A DNA stretch of 64,000 nucleotides, from positions 1,424,266 to 1,488,265 of the forward strand of contig OY970179.1 in the NCBI GenBank assembly GCA_963707995.1. The letters run 5' to 3'. Positions 9,392 to 18,652 of this stretch are shown here, piece by piece. Each line of letters begins with the position of its first letter. Within the stretch, counting starts at the first letter, position 1. The stretch comes from an uncultured Verrucomicrobiae bacterium (GTDB lineage: Bacteria; Chlamydiota; Chlamydiia; Chlamydiales; Rhabdochlamydiaceae). The notes beneath the pieces were generated by a model, which saw nothing but the letters and a program-made list of their open reading frames with translations, was not told the DNA's origin and did not search any database. The position numbers and the translations under genes are program-made.

Positions 9392-10306
9392 CTAGTGTGT
9401 GGCCCATGCGCCATCATCTGCCTTTGCAGTCATGTTTAAAGTGCCGAAGAAGCGATCCCCAAAATCCCCAAGGCCTGGAGAGATGAATTTTTTTTCGTTG
9501 AGCTTTTCATCCAAAATGGTCATGACCACTTTAATCTTCGGAAATCTTTGATTGAGGTAGAGGATCCCTTCAGGAGAGGCGCAAATCGCAGCGACAATGA
9601 TATTTTCTTCTTGTACCCCTTTTTCCTTAAGTAGTGTAATCACCATTTCTAAAGTTCCCCCTGTCGCGATCATCGGCTCAGTGATGACGACGTAACTTCC
9701 TGAGCCAATACTCGAAGAGACTCTCATGTATTTGAATTGAGGTTTTGCCGTTTTTTCATCTCGCTGAATCAAAAACTTACTCACATTCGACTCGGGAAAG
9801 TGTTTTAAGAAAATATCGAGCAAAGCATCCCCTGCGCGCATGATAGAAACCAGTTCAACTTTACATGTGAGTGCCTTTCCTTGACATCTTGCCACCGGAG
9901 TCTCAATTTCTATATTTTTCGTCGGTAAGCAATCGATCACTTTACTGATCAGCAAATTACCGATTTTTTCTGAGACGATCCGAAATTGGTCTGTAGAAAT
10001 TTTCGTATTGCGTAACTGGGAAATGAGAATCTCTTCATATTTGCTCGGTTTCAAAGAACAACGGACAATCGGAATCATCTCTATAACAGCCTTTTCATCA
10101 TTCCGTTTGAGCTGAATCCTTTCCAAAAGCTGGGATGTCTTCTCTATATTACTTTCCTCATCTCCCCAAGATGTGGAGATTGCGGTGATGCTCAGAATAA
10201 TCCCTAACATAGCATTTCTTAGCACGTGGGCAGTTTGATTTTTCATTTTCCCCCTAAAATTCAACATTTGATGTGAGATTCTGACATGAATTCGAACAGT
10301 TTGCAA
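9392..10306 (-). CDS. upp: Uracil phosphoribosyltransferase with an unusual ~90-aa N-terminal extension carrying a hydrophobic segment
   Basis: The C-terminal ~210 aa carry the UPRTase PRPP-binding region 'YVVITEPMIATGGTLEMVITLLKEKG' and the C-terminal 'SPGLGDFGDRFFGT'. The N-terminal extension 'MKNQTAHVLRNAMLGIILSITAISTSWGDEE' looks like a signal peptide or TM helix. The true start is ambiguous between 10306 and 10246. Confidence 0.8.
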   Translation of the reverse strand: MQTVRIHVRISHQMLNFRGKMKNQTAHVLRNAMLGIILSITAISTSWGDEESNIEKTSQLLERIQLKRNDEKAVIEMIPIVRCSLKPSKYEEILISQLRNTKISTDQFRIVSEKIGNLLISKVIDCLPTKNIEIETPVARCQGKALTCKVELVSIMRAGDALLDIFLKHFPESNVSKFLIQRDEKTAKPQFKYMRVSSSIGSGSYVVITEPMIATGGTLEMVITLLKEKGVQEENIIVAAICASPEGILYLNQRFPKIKVVMTILDEKLNEKKFISPGLGDFGDRFFGTLNMTAKADDGAWATH

Positions 10307-10372
10307 GTAAAACCGTTTTTTAATTTGACAACATCATGTTGACTTAATACACAGGCTGACTTAATCTAGAGC

Positions 10373-11707
10373 GTGTTTGTGAAAAAAGGGTTTGTTATGT
10401 CTAAGGAAAGTGTTCAAAGACCGTTAACGCGCAAAAGAGATCCCCACTTAATACATGCATGGTTTATCTGGCTCCTCAGCGCGCTCTTCATGTTTTATAA
10501 ATATACCCTTGAAGTTTCCCCTAGCGTGATGACTTCGACCTTGATGAGCACCTTTAATATTAGTGGCACAGCATTAGGAAATCTTGCAGCTTGTTATTTT
10601 TATGCCTATCTTTTACTCCAAATCCCCGCAGGAGTGCTATTAGATAAGATCGGTCCCAGAAAAGTCACCTCTCTTGCAATTGCCCTCTGCGCACTCGGAA
10701 GTTTAATTTTTGCAAATGCAGACTCTTTATGGGTTGCTGGGATCGGCCGCTTCATTACAGGCGCAGGAGCGGCTTTTGCTGCTGTCAACTGCTTAAAGTT
10801 GATCGCGAACTGGTTTCCGATGAAACAGTTTGCCTTCATGGCAGGCTTGATGATGACAGTGGCAATGCTCGGCGCTGTCGGAGGGCAAGCTCCTCTGGCC
10901 GCTTTTATCGATGCCATGGATTGGCGTCATGCGCTAGAGATCATCGGGATTGCTGGCCTGGTGCTCGCAGGAATTTTTTGGTTCGTCGTTCGCGATATCT
11001 CGCCGAGCCACAAAAAAGAGCGGCATATCGTTTCCCAAAACATCTCTTTTTTAGAGAGTTTGAGAAGAATCTTAAAGAACCCTCAAACATGGTGGCTTTC
11101 GATCTACAGCGGTTTTGCATTTGCTCCTGTCATGATCTTCGGTGGGTTATGGGGTGTTTCGTTTATCTCTGAAGCCTTTGAAGTTTCTAGTAACATCTCT
11201 GCTCAAGCTGTCTCACTCATTTTCATCGGTTTTGGAGTCGGCGCTCCTTTTTTTGGCTGGTTCTCAGATTGGCTAGGGCGGAGAAAAGTGGTCATGTTCT
11301 GGGGAACACTCCTCGCTTTGATCACAATTTCCAGCGTGATCTACGCACCAGGTTTGACGCGTAGTACGATCACACTTCTATTATTTCTATTCGGATTTTC
11401 CATTAGCAGCTTCCTCCTCTGTTTTACAATGATTCGAGAGATCAGTTTGCCCATCTTGGCTGCGACAGCGATTGGCTTTATGAACGCCTTTGATGCTCTT
11501 TTTGGGGCTTTTTCCGATCCTTTGACAGGAAAATTTCTCGATCTAGGGTGGGATGGAAAATTAATCGACGGGGCAAGGGTATTTTCGGTACAGGCATATA
11601 AAGCAGCCTTTTTAACCCTGCCAGTTTATTTGATCATTTCCCTATTCACTCTGCTGCGCATTAAAGAGACCTATTGCAAGCCCTCCATTCCGGCGTCTCT
11701 TCCTTGA
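10373..11707 (+). CDS. MFS transporter
   Basis: 444 aa with 12 hydrophobic helices. The loop motifs 'LLDKIGPRKV' and 'DWLGRRKV' (D-R/K-x-G-R-R/K) lie between TM2/3 and TM8/9. Confidence 0.75.
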   Translation: MFVKKGFVMSKESVQRPLTRKRDPHLIHAWFIWLLSALFMFYKYTLEVSPSVMTSTLMSTFNISGTALGNLAACYFYAYLLLQIPAGVLLDKIGPRKVTSLAIALCALGSLIFANADSLWVAGIGRFITGAGAAFAAVNCLKLIANWFPMKQFAFMAGLMMTVAMLGAVGGQAPLAAFIDAMDWRHALEIIGIAGLVLAGIFWFVVRDISPSHKKERHIVSQNISFLESLRRILKNPQTWWLSIYSGFAFAPVMIFGGLWGVSFISEAFEVSSNISAQAVSLIFIGFGVGAPFFGWFSDWLGRRKVVMFWGTLLALITISSVIYAPGLTRSTITLLLFLFGFSISSFLLCFTMIREISLPILAATAIGFMNAFDALFGAFSDPLTGKFLDLGWDGKLIDGARVFSVQAYKAAFLTLPVYLIISLFTLLRIKETYCKPSIPASLP

Positions 11708-12696
11708 TATACCAAAGGGACCATGGCTGATTTCCATTTTTCCAAGTATTTGATCATGCCTGTAAAGCTGGAAGTATCGAGAACTTCGATGAGTGATCCT
11801 CCGATTTGTGCGACAGCAGAAGCATTCATATACGATTGATGATAAAAGTAAGTATCAGAAACGAGAACTTTAGCCTTTGAAGAGAGATAATTGCGGTCGA
11901 TCAAGGCATTCATAAATTTTTCCACTTGAGTCAGCTCTTTTTCCCCATGCGTTTGAATCACAATTAATTGCAAATTTTCCCTGGGAAATTTGAGAAAAGG
12001 GGTCAGATTCATCGCTCGGGACATCCCCGAAATGATTCCATTCAAATAAGTAAATCGGCTAGGAGTCTCATCCTCGACTAAAAGATAGAGATGATGAAAA
12101 AGGTGGCTGCGGGGGACCGGATTGATAAATGAAGGGTTATTTATCTGAAAATGGCATGAGGGCGTGAGGATTAATTTAGCTGTGGTGTATTGCATATCGC
12201 CGAGGAACAGATCGATGCTCTCCCGAGACGAATCGATAAAAATGCTCTCTAATTTTCTATGGAGCAAAACAGCGTTATTGTGAGATTGAATTACAGCTAG
12301 CAAACGGGAAATCAGTTCATAGCACCCTTCAGAAAAATAATATCCAGTAGCACATTTTGCATGAGAATTAACCGCTTCTTGGTCAGGGTGCGCTAAACAG
12401 GTAAACCTGCAACCAAAATACTGTTTGAAAAAATCTTTAAGTCGAGAATCTGACCCTATCAAATGGCAGCCGAGATCAGCATTGGCAATTCCACAAATAT
12501 CGATACTCTTCCATGCTCCGCCACATTTCTCATCCGCTTCGAGGATTAAAACTCTCTCCCCCTTTGAAATATGATAGATCGCTTCAAGCATCGCAATCGG
12601 ACTTGTCCCCACTAAAGCGACATCATAATCGGTCTGGATGGCAAACAACCATCCTTTGAGAAAAAGAAGAATGATCAAGACAGTACGCATCACCAA
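11671..12696 (-). CDS. Hypothetical secreted protein with an N-terminal FAD/NAD(P)-binding-like segment
   Basis: A signal-like N-terminus 'MVMRTVLIILLFLKGWLFA' is followed by 'DYDVALVGTSPIAMLEAIYHISKGERVLILEADEKCGGAW'. This is a degenerate GxGxxG dinucleotide-binding pattern with the 'hLEA.d..GG' pattern of amine-oxidase or GMC flavoproteins. The rest is unrecognised. Confidence 0.4.
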   Translation of the reverse strand: MVMRTVLIILLFLKGWLFAIQTDYDVALVGTSPIAMLEAIYHISKGERVLILEADEKCGGAWKSIDICGIANADLGCHLIGSDSRLKDFFKQYFGCRFTCLAHPDQEAVNSHAKCATGYYFSEGCYELISRLLAVIQSHNNAVLLHRKLESIFIDSSRESIDLFLGDMQYTTAKLILTPSCHFQINNPSFINPVPRSHLFHHLYLLVEDETPSRFTYLNGIISGMSRAMNLTPFLKFPRENLQLIVIQTHGEKELTQVEKFMNALIDRNYLSSKAKVLVSDTYFYHQSYMNASAVAQIGGSLIEVLDTSSFTGMIKYLEKWKSAMVPLVYQGRDAGMEGLQ

Positions 12697-12757
12697 CTCC
12701 AGTGTAAAAGAGGGAACAAAAAACTATATCTTTTCGAATCATTCCCTTGCACCTAAG

Positions 12758-12830
12758 AACCTGCCTGAGTAAAAAGTTTCAGTCGATTTTCGGGTTCTGA
12801 CGAAAAATTTTACTGAGGTAGGTTCAATTG
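12758..12830. repeat. Compact copy of a nested palindromic repeat (arms 'gaacct..ctcagtaaaa..ttcgtcgattttcggg'), overlapping the 3' end of the ABC-F gene
   Basis: 'gaacctgcctgagtaaaaagtttcagtcgattttcgggttc' + 'tgacgaaaaattttactgaggtaggttca' matches the arms of the element at 14626-14800. Confidence 0.6.
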
Positions 12831-14609
12831 CTTCTTCTCTTCCTCCAATTTGATGAGCGTCTCATAGAGCTTTTGCAGCTCTTTCTCCCTTTGTCCGCAT
12901 GATTTTAAAAGCTCTTGAATCTTTTCCACTTCTGCACGATGGGAAGCTTCGATGAGCTGTTGATTCTCACGCGCTTGCTCCTCTTCCAACTCCATGATTT
13001 TCTTTTCAGTTTTACCTATCTCATTCTCGAGTGGTCTTATCCTTGCTCTCATCGCCATCAGTTCTTCATGTTTCTTTTTGCGGCTTTCAGAACCACCCGA
13101 CTTTGCCTTCATAGAAATCGCTTCTTCTTCCCAACCCACCTTTTCGAGAAAATCTTCATAATGGCCTAAAAAAAGTTCCTGCCTACTCACATGGCAGACA
13201 ATCAGTTTATGGAGCGCCAGCCGCTTCAAGATCAATTCGCTATGCGTAACGATCACAACAGCCCCTTCGAAATCCTCTAGAGCATCGATCAGCGCTTCGA
13301 TCGATTCAACGTCGAGATGATGGGTCGGCTCATCGAGCAGAAGCAGGTTGCATGGCTTAGCTAGAATTTTCCCAAGGAGGACCCGACTCTTTTCTCCTCC
13401 AGAAAGGACAGAAATTTTCTTTTTTGCGGCATCTCCACCAAACATCATTTGCCCACAAATGCTTTTCACATCCGTTAAATTTAAAGTCGGGTTTGCCACA
13501 GAGATCTCTTCTTCAATGGTCGCCGAGTCCTTTAGTCTTTGGATATTCGTCTGGCCGAAATAGCCGATCGATGCCGCTTCAGAGACACGGACCTCCCCTT
13601 TAAGCGGCCCCAATTCCCCAGAGATCAGACGCAAAAGAGTCGACTTGCCATAACCATTTTTTCCAATGATCGCAATTCTCTCTCCCTTCTCGATGGCGAG
13701 CGAAAATTCGTGAATGATCGGTTTTTCCATCTCATAAGAAAAAACGATCTCTTTCACTTCCACCATTTTCTTCCCCATGAATGGACGTTCATGGAAATTG
13801 AAATTGAGATTGTATAGATTCTTAAGTTCTTCTAATGCAGGGATTCTCCCTAGCATCTTTTGTCGTGATTGCGCCTGTGCCGCCTTCGATGCCTTAGCGC
13901 CAAAACGATCGATGTACGACTGAAGATGGGCCTTTTTCTTCTCCAAGTTTTGACGAGTCCGTGCATAAATCTCTTCTTCTTGAATGACCCGCTCAAAAAA
14001 AACGGTGGTTCCCCCTTTGACTTTTTTGACTTTTTTCCGATGAACTCCCAACGTGTGGGTCGTCACATCATCCATGAACTCCCGATCGTGAGAGATCAAA
14101 ATCAGTTCCCCTTTCCATTGCTTTAGGAAGCGAGAAAGAAAACGGATCGAAAGAATATCTAGATAGTTAGTCGGCTCATCCAAAAGCAAACAATCAGGTT
14201 CAGAGAGTAAAACTTTAGCCAAATGAAGCCTTAACTGGAACCCACCCGACATTTGCTGAGGTGAAAGCTCCATCTCTTCCTCTTTAAACCCCAGCCCGGA
14301 AAGGATCGCTTCAGCTCGGTAGGTCTCTTCCCGCTCCTCAGCTTTCAAACCCAGGCACGCCTCCTCTAAAACTGTCGGCAGTGAAAAACGGATATGCTGA
14401 TCGAGATATCCCAACTGATATCCTTTGGAGAAAGAGATCGTCCCCCGATCTGCCGTTTCCTGACCCACGAGAAGGCGGAGCAGCGTCGTTTTACCCGAGC
14501 CATTCCGTCCGATCAGACCACACCGCTCTTTTGGGTTGATGGTGAACGAAACATTTTCAAGGACTGGCTCGCCACTATAGGAGAGTGTTAGATCATCAAT
14601 TTGAATCAT
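12810..14609 (-). CDS. ABC-F family ATPase (two ABC domains, no TM domain, C-terminal coiled coil; Uup/EttA-like)
   Basis: 599 aa. Two Walker A motifs, 'GRNGSGKTTLL' and 'GKNGYGKSTLL'. Two ABC signatures, 'LSGGFQLRL' and 'LSGGEKSRV'. The C-terminal tail 'MELEEEQARENQQL...' is charged and helical. Confidence 0.85.
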   Translation of the reverse strand: MIQIDDLTLSYSGEPVLENVSFTINPKERCGLIGRNGSGKTTLLRLLVGQETADRGTISFSKGYQLGYLDQHIRFSLPTVLEEACLGLKAEEREETYRAEAILSGLGFKEEEMELSPQQMSGGFQLRLHLAKVLLSEPDCLLLDEPTNYLDILSIRFLSRFLKQWKGELILISHDREFMDDVTTHTLGVHRKKVKKVKGGTTVFFERVIQEEEIYARTRQNLEKKKAHLQSYIDRFGAKASKAAQAQSRQKMLGRIPALEELKNLYNLNFNFHERPFMGKKMVEVKEIVFSYEMEKPIIHEFSLAIEKGERIAIIGKNGYGKSTLLRLISGELGPLKGEVRVSEAASIGYFGQTNIQRLKDSATIEEEISVANPTLNLTDVKSICGQMMFGGDAAKKKISVLSGGEKSRVLLGKILAKPCNLLLLDEPTHHLDVESIEALIDALEDFEGAVVIVTHSELILKRLALHKLIVCHVSRQELFLGHYEDFLEKVGWEEEAISMKAKSGGSESRKKKHEELMAMRARIRPLENEIGKTEKKIMELEEEQARENQQLIEASHRAEVEKIQELLKSCGQREKELQKLYETLIKLEEEKKQLNLPQ

Positions 14610-14625
14610 CGAATCAGATTACCAT

Positions 14626-14800
14626 AAGAACCTATCTCAGTAAAATTTTTCGTCGATTTTCGGGATTATTTTGGCCGATTTTCGATCCAAATTCGGGGGG
14701 TAATATCAAACATGCGTATATTACCCCCCGAATTTGGATCGAAAATCGGCTCAAAAGAACCCGAAAATCGACTGAAACTTTTTACTGAGATAGGTTCAGC
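14626..14800. repeat. ~175-bp nested palindrome in the divergent promoter region between the ABC-F gene and ORF 14821
   Basis: The outer arms are 'gaacctatctcagtaaaatttttcgtcgattttcggg' and its reverse complement at 14756-14798. The inner arms 'ccgattttcgatccaaattcggggggtaatat' / 'atattaccccccgaatttggatcgaaaatcgg' form a perfect 32-bp pair around 14706-14711. Confidence 0.7.
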
Positions 14801-14820
14801 GTCCAAGAAGGAATAAATCA

Positions 14821-15735
14821 TTGAAATTATTTGATTTTTCCAGTGAGATGGTCTACATGCAAAAAAGAGTTCTTTTCAAAGCATTGTTGTGCATGCCTGC
14901 CATTCTTTTGGGACATGAGATTGAGAAGGCGGAGGCTCTCCCGATAGGAAATTTCTCTGTTCCCTTCATGACCCAAGTTGGCCCCTTGATCAGTTTTGGC
15001 CAGCTTCTCATCGGCGAAAAGGCCCTTCTTCCTCAGTTGACGGGAGCTTATACTCGAGGAGATCACAGCTATTCTAATCTGATCGCACCGAGTGTTACCT
15101 ATGGGATTCTAGACGATCTTTCCGTTTTTTTCTTCGTCCCCTTCACCCCCAGAAGCCGATCGGGCTCATCACATTCTTCGGGGATCGAGGACATTTTACT
15201 TCAATTCGAATATGGATTCTATAACAAGAGCCGTACAGACTACACCCTGGAAGCAACCGTAGTTGCTAATGTGCAATTTCCCACAGGATCGAGTTCGAAA
15301 ACTCCCCCGACTGGAATTGGATCATTCGGTTATTTCTTAGGAACGACATATGTTTACATGTCGTCTAATTGGTATGCCTTTGTTTCCCCTGGCGTGAACC
15401 TAACGACAACCCATCACGGCACAAAATTTGGGAATTCCTATCTCTATCAATGGGGCTTTGCACGGTATATCAAGCAGCTCAGCCCACGGGGATGGATCTT
15501 TGATTTGATGATCGAATTCGATGGAACCTATGCCGAAAAAAGCAAAATTCATGGCGTAACAGACTCCGATTCGGGTGGAAATATCATTTTTGTAACCCCT
15601 AGTATCTGGTTGTCATCCAAACGATGGATTTTCCAATGGGGTATCGGTTTTCCTCTAGTGCAGAACTTGAACGGACATCAGAACAAAATCAGATATTCGA
15701 TCGATTATAATTTAGGGATAGCCGTGCAATTCTAA
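14821..15735 (+). CDS. Hypothetical outer-membrane beta-barrel-like protein (terminal Phe)
   Basis: 304 aa with a signal-like 'MQKRVLFKALLCMPAILLG'. It shows the alternating aromatic/polar content of a beta-barrel and ends '...GIAVQF', the C-terminal aromatic residue typical of outer-membrane proteins. The start may be the internal Met at 14857. Confidence 0.4.
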   Translation: MKLFDFSSEMVYMQKRVLFKALLCMPAILLGHEIEKAEALPIGNFSVPFMTQVGPLISFGQLLIGEKALLPQLTGAYTRGDHSYSNLIAPSVTYGILDDLSVFFFVPFTPRSRSGSSHSSGIEDILLQFEYGFYNKSRTDYTLEATVVANVQFPTGSSSKTPPTGIGSFGYFLGTTYVYMSSNWYAFVSPGVNLTTTHHGTKFGNSYLYQWGFARYIKQLSPRGWIFDLMIEFDGTYAEKSKIHGVTDSDSGGNIIFVTPSIWLSSKRWIFQWGIGFPLVQNLNGHQNKIRYSIDYNLGIAVQF

Positions 15736-15807
15736 TAAAAAAATTTTGATTGCCTCGAAATTGGGAAAAAGTTACTTGTTACAATAAGTTAAGAGGAAAC
15801 GGGAATT

Positions 15808-16023
15808 ATGAAAAAGTATACTTTGCTCGGATTGCTCATTTTATGCGCGTGTGGCGGCCGCAATTACTATTATGATGGTGACGGTCATCGCCATTATTAC
15901 CATGATCATGACCATGATCATGACCATGACCATGGCCATGGTCATGGAGATGGCTATCATGGAGAGGGCCATGGAGAAGGTCATCATGAAGGTGGAAGCG
16001 GCGGTGGGGGACATCACCACTAA
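15808..16023 (+). CDS. Small His-rich lipoprotein (putative metal-binding or storage protein)
   Basis: 71 aa. 'MKKYTLLGLLILCACGG' is a signal peptide plus lipobox Cys. The rest is (HD)n/(HG)n, 'HDHDHDHDHDHGHGHGDGYHGEGHGEGHHEGGSGGGGHHH'. There is an RBS-like 'aagaggaaacgg' upstream. Confidence 0.55.
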   Translation: MKKYTLLGLLILCACGGRNYYYDGDGHRHYYHDHDHDHDHDHGHGHGDGYHGEGHGEGHHEGGSGGGGHHH

Positions 16024-17009
16024 TCAAATCGTTTAGTCTCCCATCCTTCTTTCAGAAGTGGGAGACTAAAGTTCAGGAATTCCTCAAAATGGGTATAGGT
16101 GGTCGTCAACATCGTTTGGCGTTGGATCATCGATGCTGCATTGGCCTTAAATAGAAAACCCATCAATTGTTTCATTTTATTGATCTTGAGCCGGATTGAA
16201 CTCTCTGGTGGAATTTGAGAGATGTAGACTTCGAGATAGCGCACAAGATCGTCCCACTGGGGTCGGTAAGGTTTTTTAGCAAAATGGGCGCGAATTTGAT
16301 GAAAAATGAAAGGATTGATCACACCTCCTCTGCCGATCATGAGCGCGTCACAACGCGTCTCTTTTAACATTTTGAGCGCATCTTCAATAGTGAGAATATC
16401 CCCATTGCCCACCAATGGAATCTTCAAAAATGATTTAGCTTCTCCGATTAAGTCCCATCTGGCGGGAGGACCATACCCATCCACTTTTGTCCTTGGGTGT
16501 AAAGTGATGAACTTCACCCCACTTTCCTCTGCAGCGAGAAGATTTTCCTTAAATCGGGAAGTATCCTCATAACCTGAACGCATCTTGATGGTGACAGGAA
16601 TAGAAACCGCCTTGACCATGGCCTTTGCCACCTGATGCAAAAGATCGGGATCTTTGAGAAGGCTAGAACCAGCTCCTCGTCCCGTCACCGTATTCGAAGG
16701 GCATCCACAGTTCAAATCGATCCGAGGAGCTCCCCTCCTTTCTACCTCCACCGCCATGGCAGCCATCAGCTCACAGTCTGATCCCATCAGCTGAACGGCG
16801 AGTGGAATGGGGGCTATTTCATTAGCCTCGTAAGCTTTAGCCAAGCTTTGAACGTGGGCATTCGATGGGACACGAAGAAAATCGGTCACCCCTTCATCAA
16901 AACCACCGACTGTGGCCATCGCCTTGCGAAAACAGCGATCTCCCACTCCCTCCATAGGAGCGAGAAAAAGATAAGGACATCCATTGAGATCTTTAGGCAA
17001 AAAGGTCAT
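16020..17009 (-). CDS. tRNA-dihydrouridine synthase (Dus family)
   Basis: 'LAPMEGVGDRCFR', 'IDLNCGCP' and 'ITLHPRT' are Dus/TIM-barrel FMN motifs. Confidence 0.85.
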   Translation of the reverse strand: MTFLPKDLNGCPYLFLAPMEGVGDRCFRKAMATVGGFDEGVTDFLRVPSNAHVQSLAKAYEANEIAPIPLAVQLMGSDCELMAAMAVEVERRGAPRIDLNCGCPSNTVTGRGAGSSLLKDPDLLHQVAKAMVKAVSIPVTIKMRSGYEDTSRFKENLLAAEESGVKFITLHPRTKVDGYGPPARWDLIGEAKSFLKIPLVGNGDILTIEDALKMLKETRCDALMIGRGGVINPFIFHQIRAHFAKKPYRPQWDDLVRYLEVYISQIPPESSIRLKINKMKQLMGFLFKANAASMIQRQTMLTTTYTHFEEFLNFSLPLLKEGWETKRFD

Positions 17010-17043
17010 AATGAGGAGAGAGATTTTACGCGAAAAAAAGGAA

Positions 17044-17070
17044 TATATCCAAGTGAATTCAAAATTTGAT
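17044..17070. repeat. Solo terminal inverted repeat of MITE family A
   Basis: 'atatccaagtgaattcaaaatttgatc' resembles the family A end 'atacccaagtgaattcaaaaatcgg'. Confidence 0.4.
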
Positions 17071-18447
17071 CAGGTACTCTAGAGCCTTTTTTTGTTCCTC
17101 ATGAGCTAAAGAACAAACGGCATAAAGCGGCCTGGAATCGATTTTTTGCCATTGAGAATAGCTTTGTTCAGAGAATCGTATGCCGTAAGATGAGTCAGGA
17201 TGTGCCTCCAAAAACATAAGCATGCTTCTTAGCGTTCTCCCATCGCCACTTTTAACTTCAATCGGAACAATCTTTCGATTGTACTCATAGAGAAAATCAA
17301 CTTCTGCCGTGCTGCTTTTTGCCTGACGCTTCCAAAAATATAGATCTGATTTTTGATAAGGATTGGAATAACAAAGCAATTCTTGCCCAACAAACGCCTC
17401 TGCTATTGGTCCGCGATTGATAAACTCAGGTCCAGGCTGTAAAAACCATGTCGACAAATCAAATCCCAAAGCTGCCTGAGAAAGCGCAATATCAACCAAG
17501 ATGAGTTTAAACCATTCCAAATTCGCCTCAGCTCCGAGAGGAATGCCATTGCCAGCGCTATGATGAATTTTATGTACCACATTGGCTTTGCATAGCAAAT
17601 CCAGACAAGGAGCGAGATCCCTTTTTCTGAATTCACCATGAATGTTGCTATATCGAAATTCTTCTCCAATCATGTGGGGTATTTGACGAAAAAGTGTCTC
17701 AACGAACTCTGTCTGATGTTTAGTTGCATATTTTTCAATATCTTGTCGATATGATGTAATCAGGTTGTGATGAATCTGAAAACTCTCTTTTGGATTTTTC
17801 TCATCCACCCATTTTGCTATCGCTTCTGGCATGCCACCAATGGCAAAATATTCACCAATCAAATCAATCAGCAATTGATGAATTGGCTCAGAAAATGATT
17901 CGTTATGAATATTCTCCAAAATAGCCTTTGCACTTCCTATATTCCCGCTCGCAGCTAAATACTCTAGAAACGACATCGGATACATATACATACTCGAAAC
18001 ACGTCCAACAGGAAGCCCCACTTTTTCCAGAGCAAAATCGAAAAGCGAACCTGCCGCAATAACATGCAATTGAGGCATCTGTTCATAAAAATAACGGAGT
18101 GCCAAAATCGCTTCTGGAGCTTCTTGAATCTCATCAAAAAACAGCAATGTTTCTCCAGGAATGATTTTAGCCCTACCAGCAAATACGGCAAGTTCTCGTA
18201 AAATCCTTTCTGGATTAAGATCTTTCTCAAAAATCAACTTTATGTCTTTTGCCAGTTCAAAATTAACCTCGATTACATGGTCAAAACGTTTTCCCAACTG
18301 CCTCACTGCATGCGTTTTTCCTACCTGACGAGCACCACGAAGCAGCAAAGGTTTGCGGTATTTATGATCCTTCCAGTTCTCAAGATGCCAATCGATCAGA
18401 CGCTTAAACATTGTTTCTCCTGTCAACTTACAAGGTAATTTTATCAC
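17059..18447 (-). CDS. AAA+ ATPase of the AAA_14/DUF4143 family
   Basis: 'LLLRGARQVGKTHAV' is a Walker A motif and 'LLFFDEIQ' a Walker B motif. The C-terminal region has a DUF4143-like layout. Confidence 0.75.
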   Translation of the reverse strand: MIKLPCKLTGETMFKRLIDWHLENWKDHKYRKPLLLRGARQVGKTHAVRQLGKRFDHVIEVNFELAKDIKLIFEKDLNPERILRELAVFAGRAKIIPGETLLFFDEIQEAPEAILALRYFYEQMPQLHVIAAGSLFDFALEKVGLPVGRVSSMYMYPMSFLEYLAASGNIGSAKAILENIHNESFSEPIHQLLIDLIGEYFAIGGMPEAIAKWVDEKNPKESFQIHHNLITSYRQDIEKYATKHQTEFVETLFRQIPHMIGEEFRYSNIHGEFRKRDLAPCLDLLCKANVVHKIHHSAGNGIPLGAEANLEWFKLILVDIALSQAALGFDLSTWFLQPGPEFINRGPIAEAFVGQELLCYSNPYQKSDLYFWKRQAKSSTAEVDFLYEYNRKIVPIEVKSGDGRTLRSMLMFLEAHPDSSYGIRFSEQSYSQWQKIDSRPLYAVCSLAHEEQKKALEYLIKF

Positions 18448-18652
18448 AAAAATGGTCTAAAAGAAAGGATAATTTTCTAAGAGACTTATTATAAACAAGT
18501 TAACTATAATTTTTACCTTTCAAAAAGACTAAAATTACGTAAAATTAATGGTTTTTTCCTAAAAGGAAAGGTAATTTTCATCGTTTTTCTGTCAAATGGC
18601 AAGATCAGAGCCTGTCTAGGCTATTTCTCGAGGTAGTTTCTGTATAAAACCA

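Noticed and set aside
15836-16036. Antisense and alternative-frame ORFs (63 aa and 61 aa) over the His-rich lipoprotein gene. The same occurs at 20877-21132 over the His/Asp-rich gene.
   Set aside because: They come from the (CAT/GAT)n low-complexity tract reading open in several frames. They have no signal peptide or RBS and give implausible Met/Thr/Ile or Val/Ile polymers. Only the frame with signal peptide plus poly-His is plausible.
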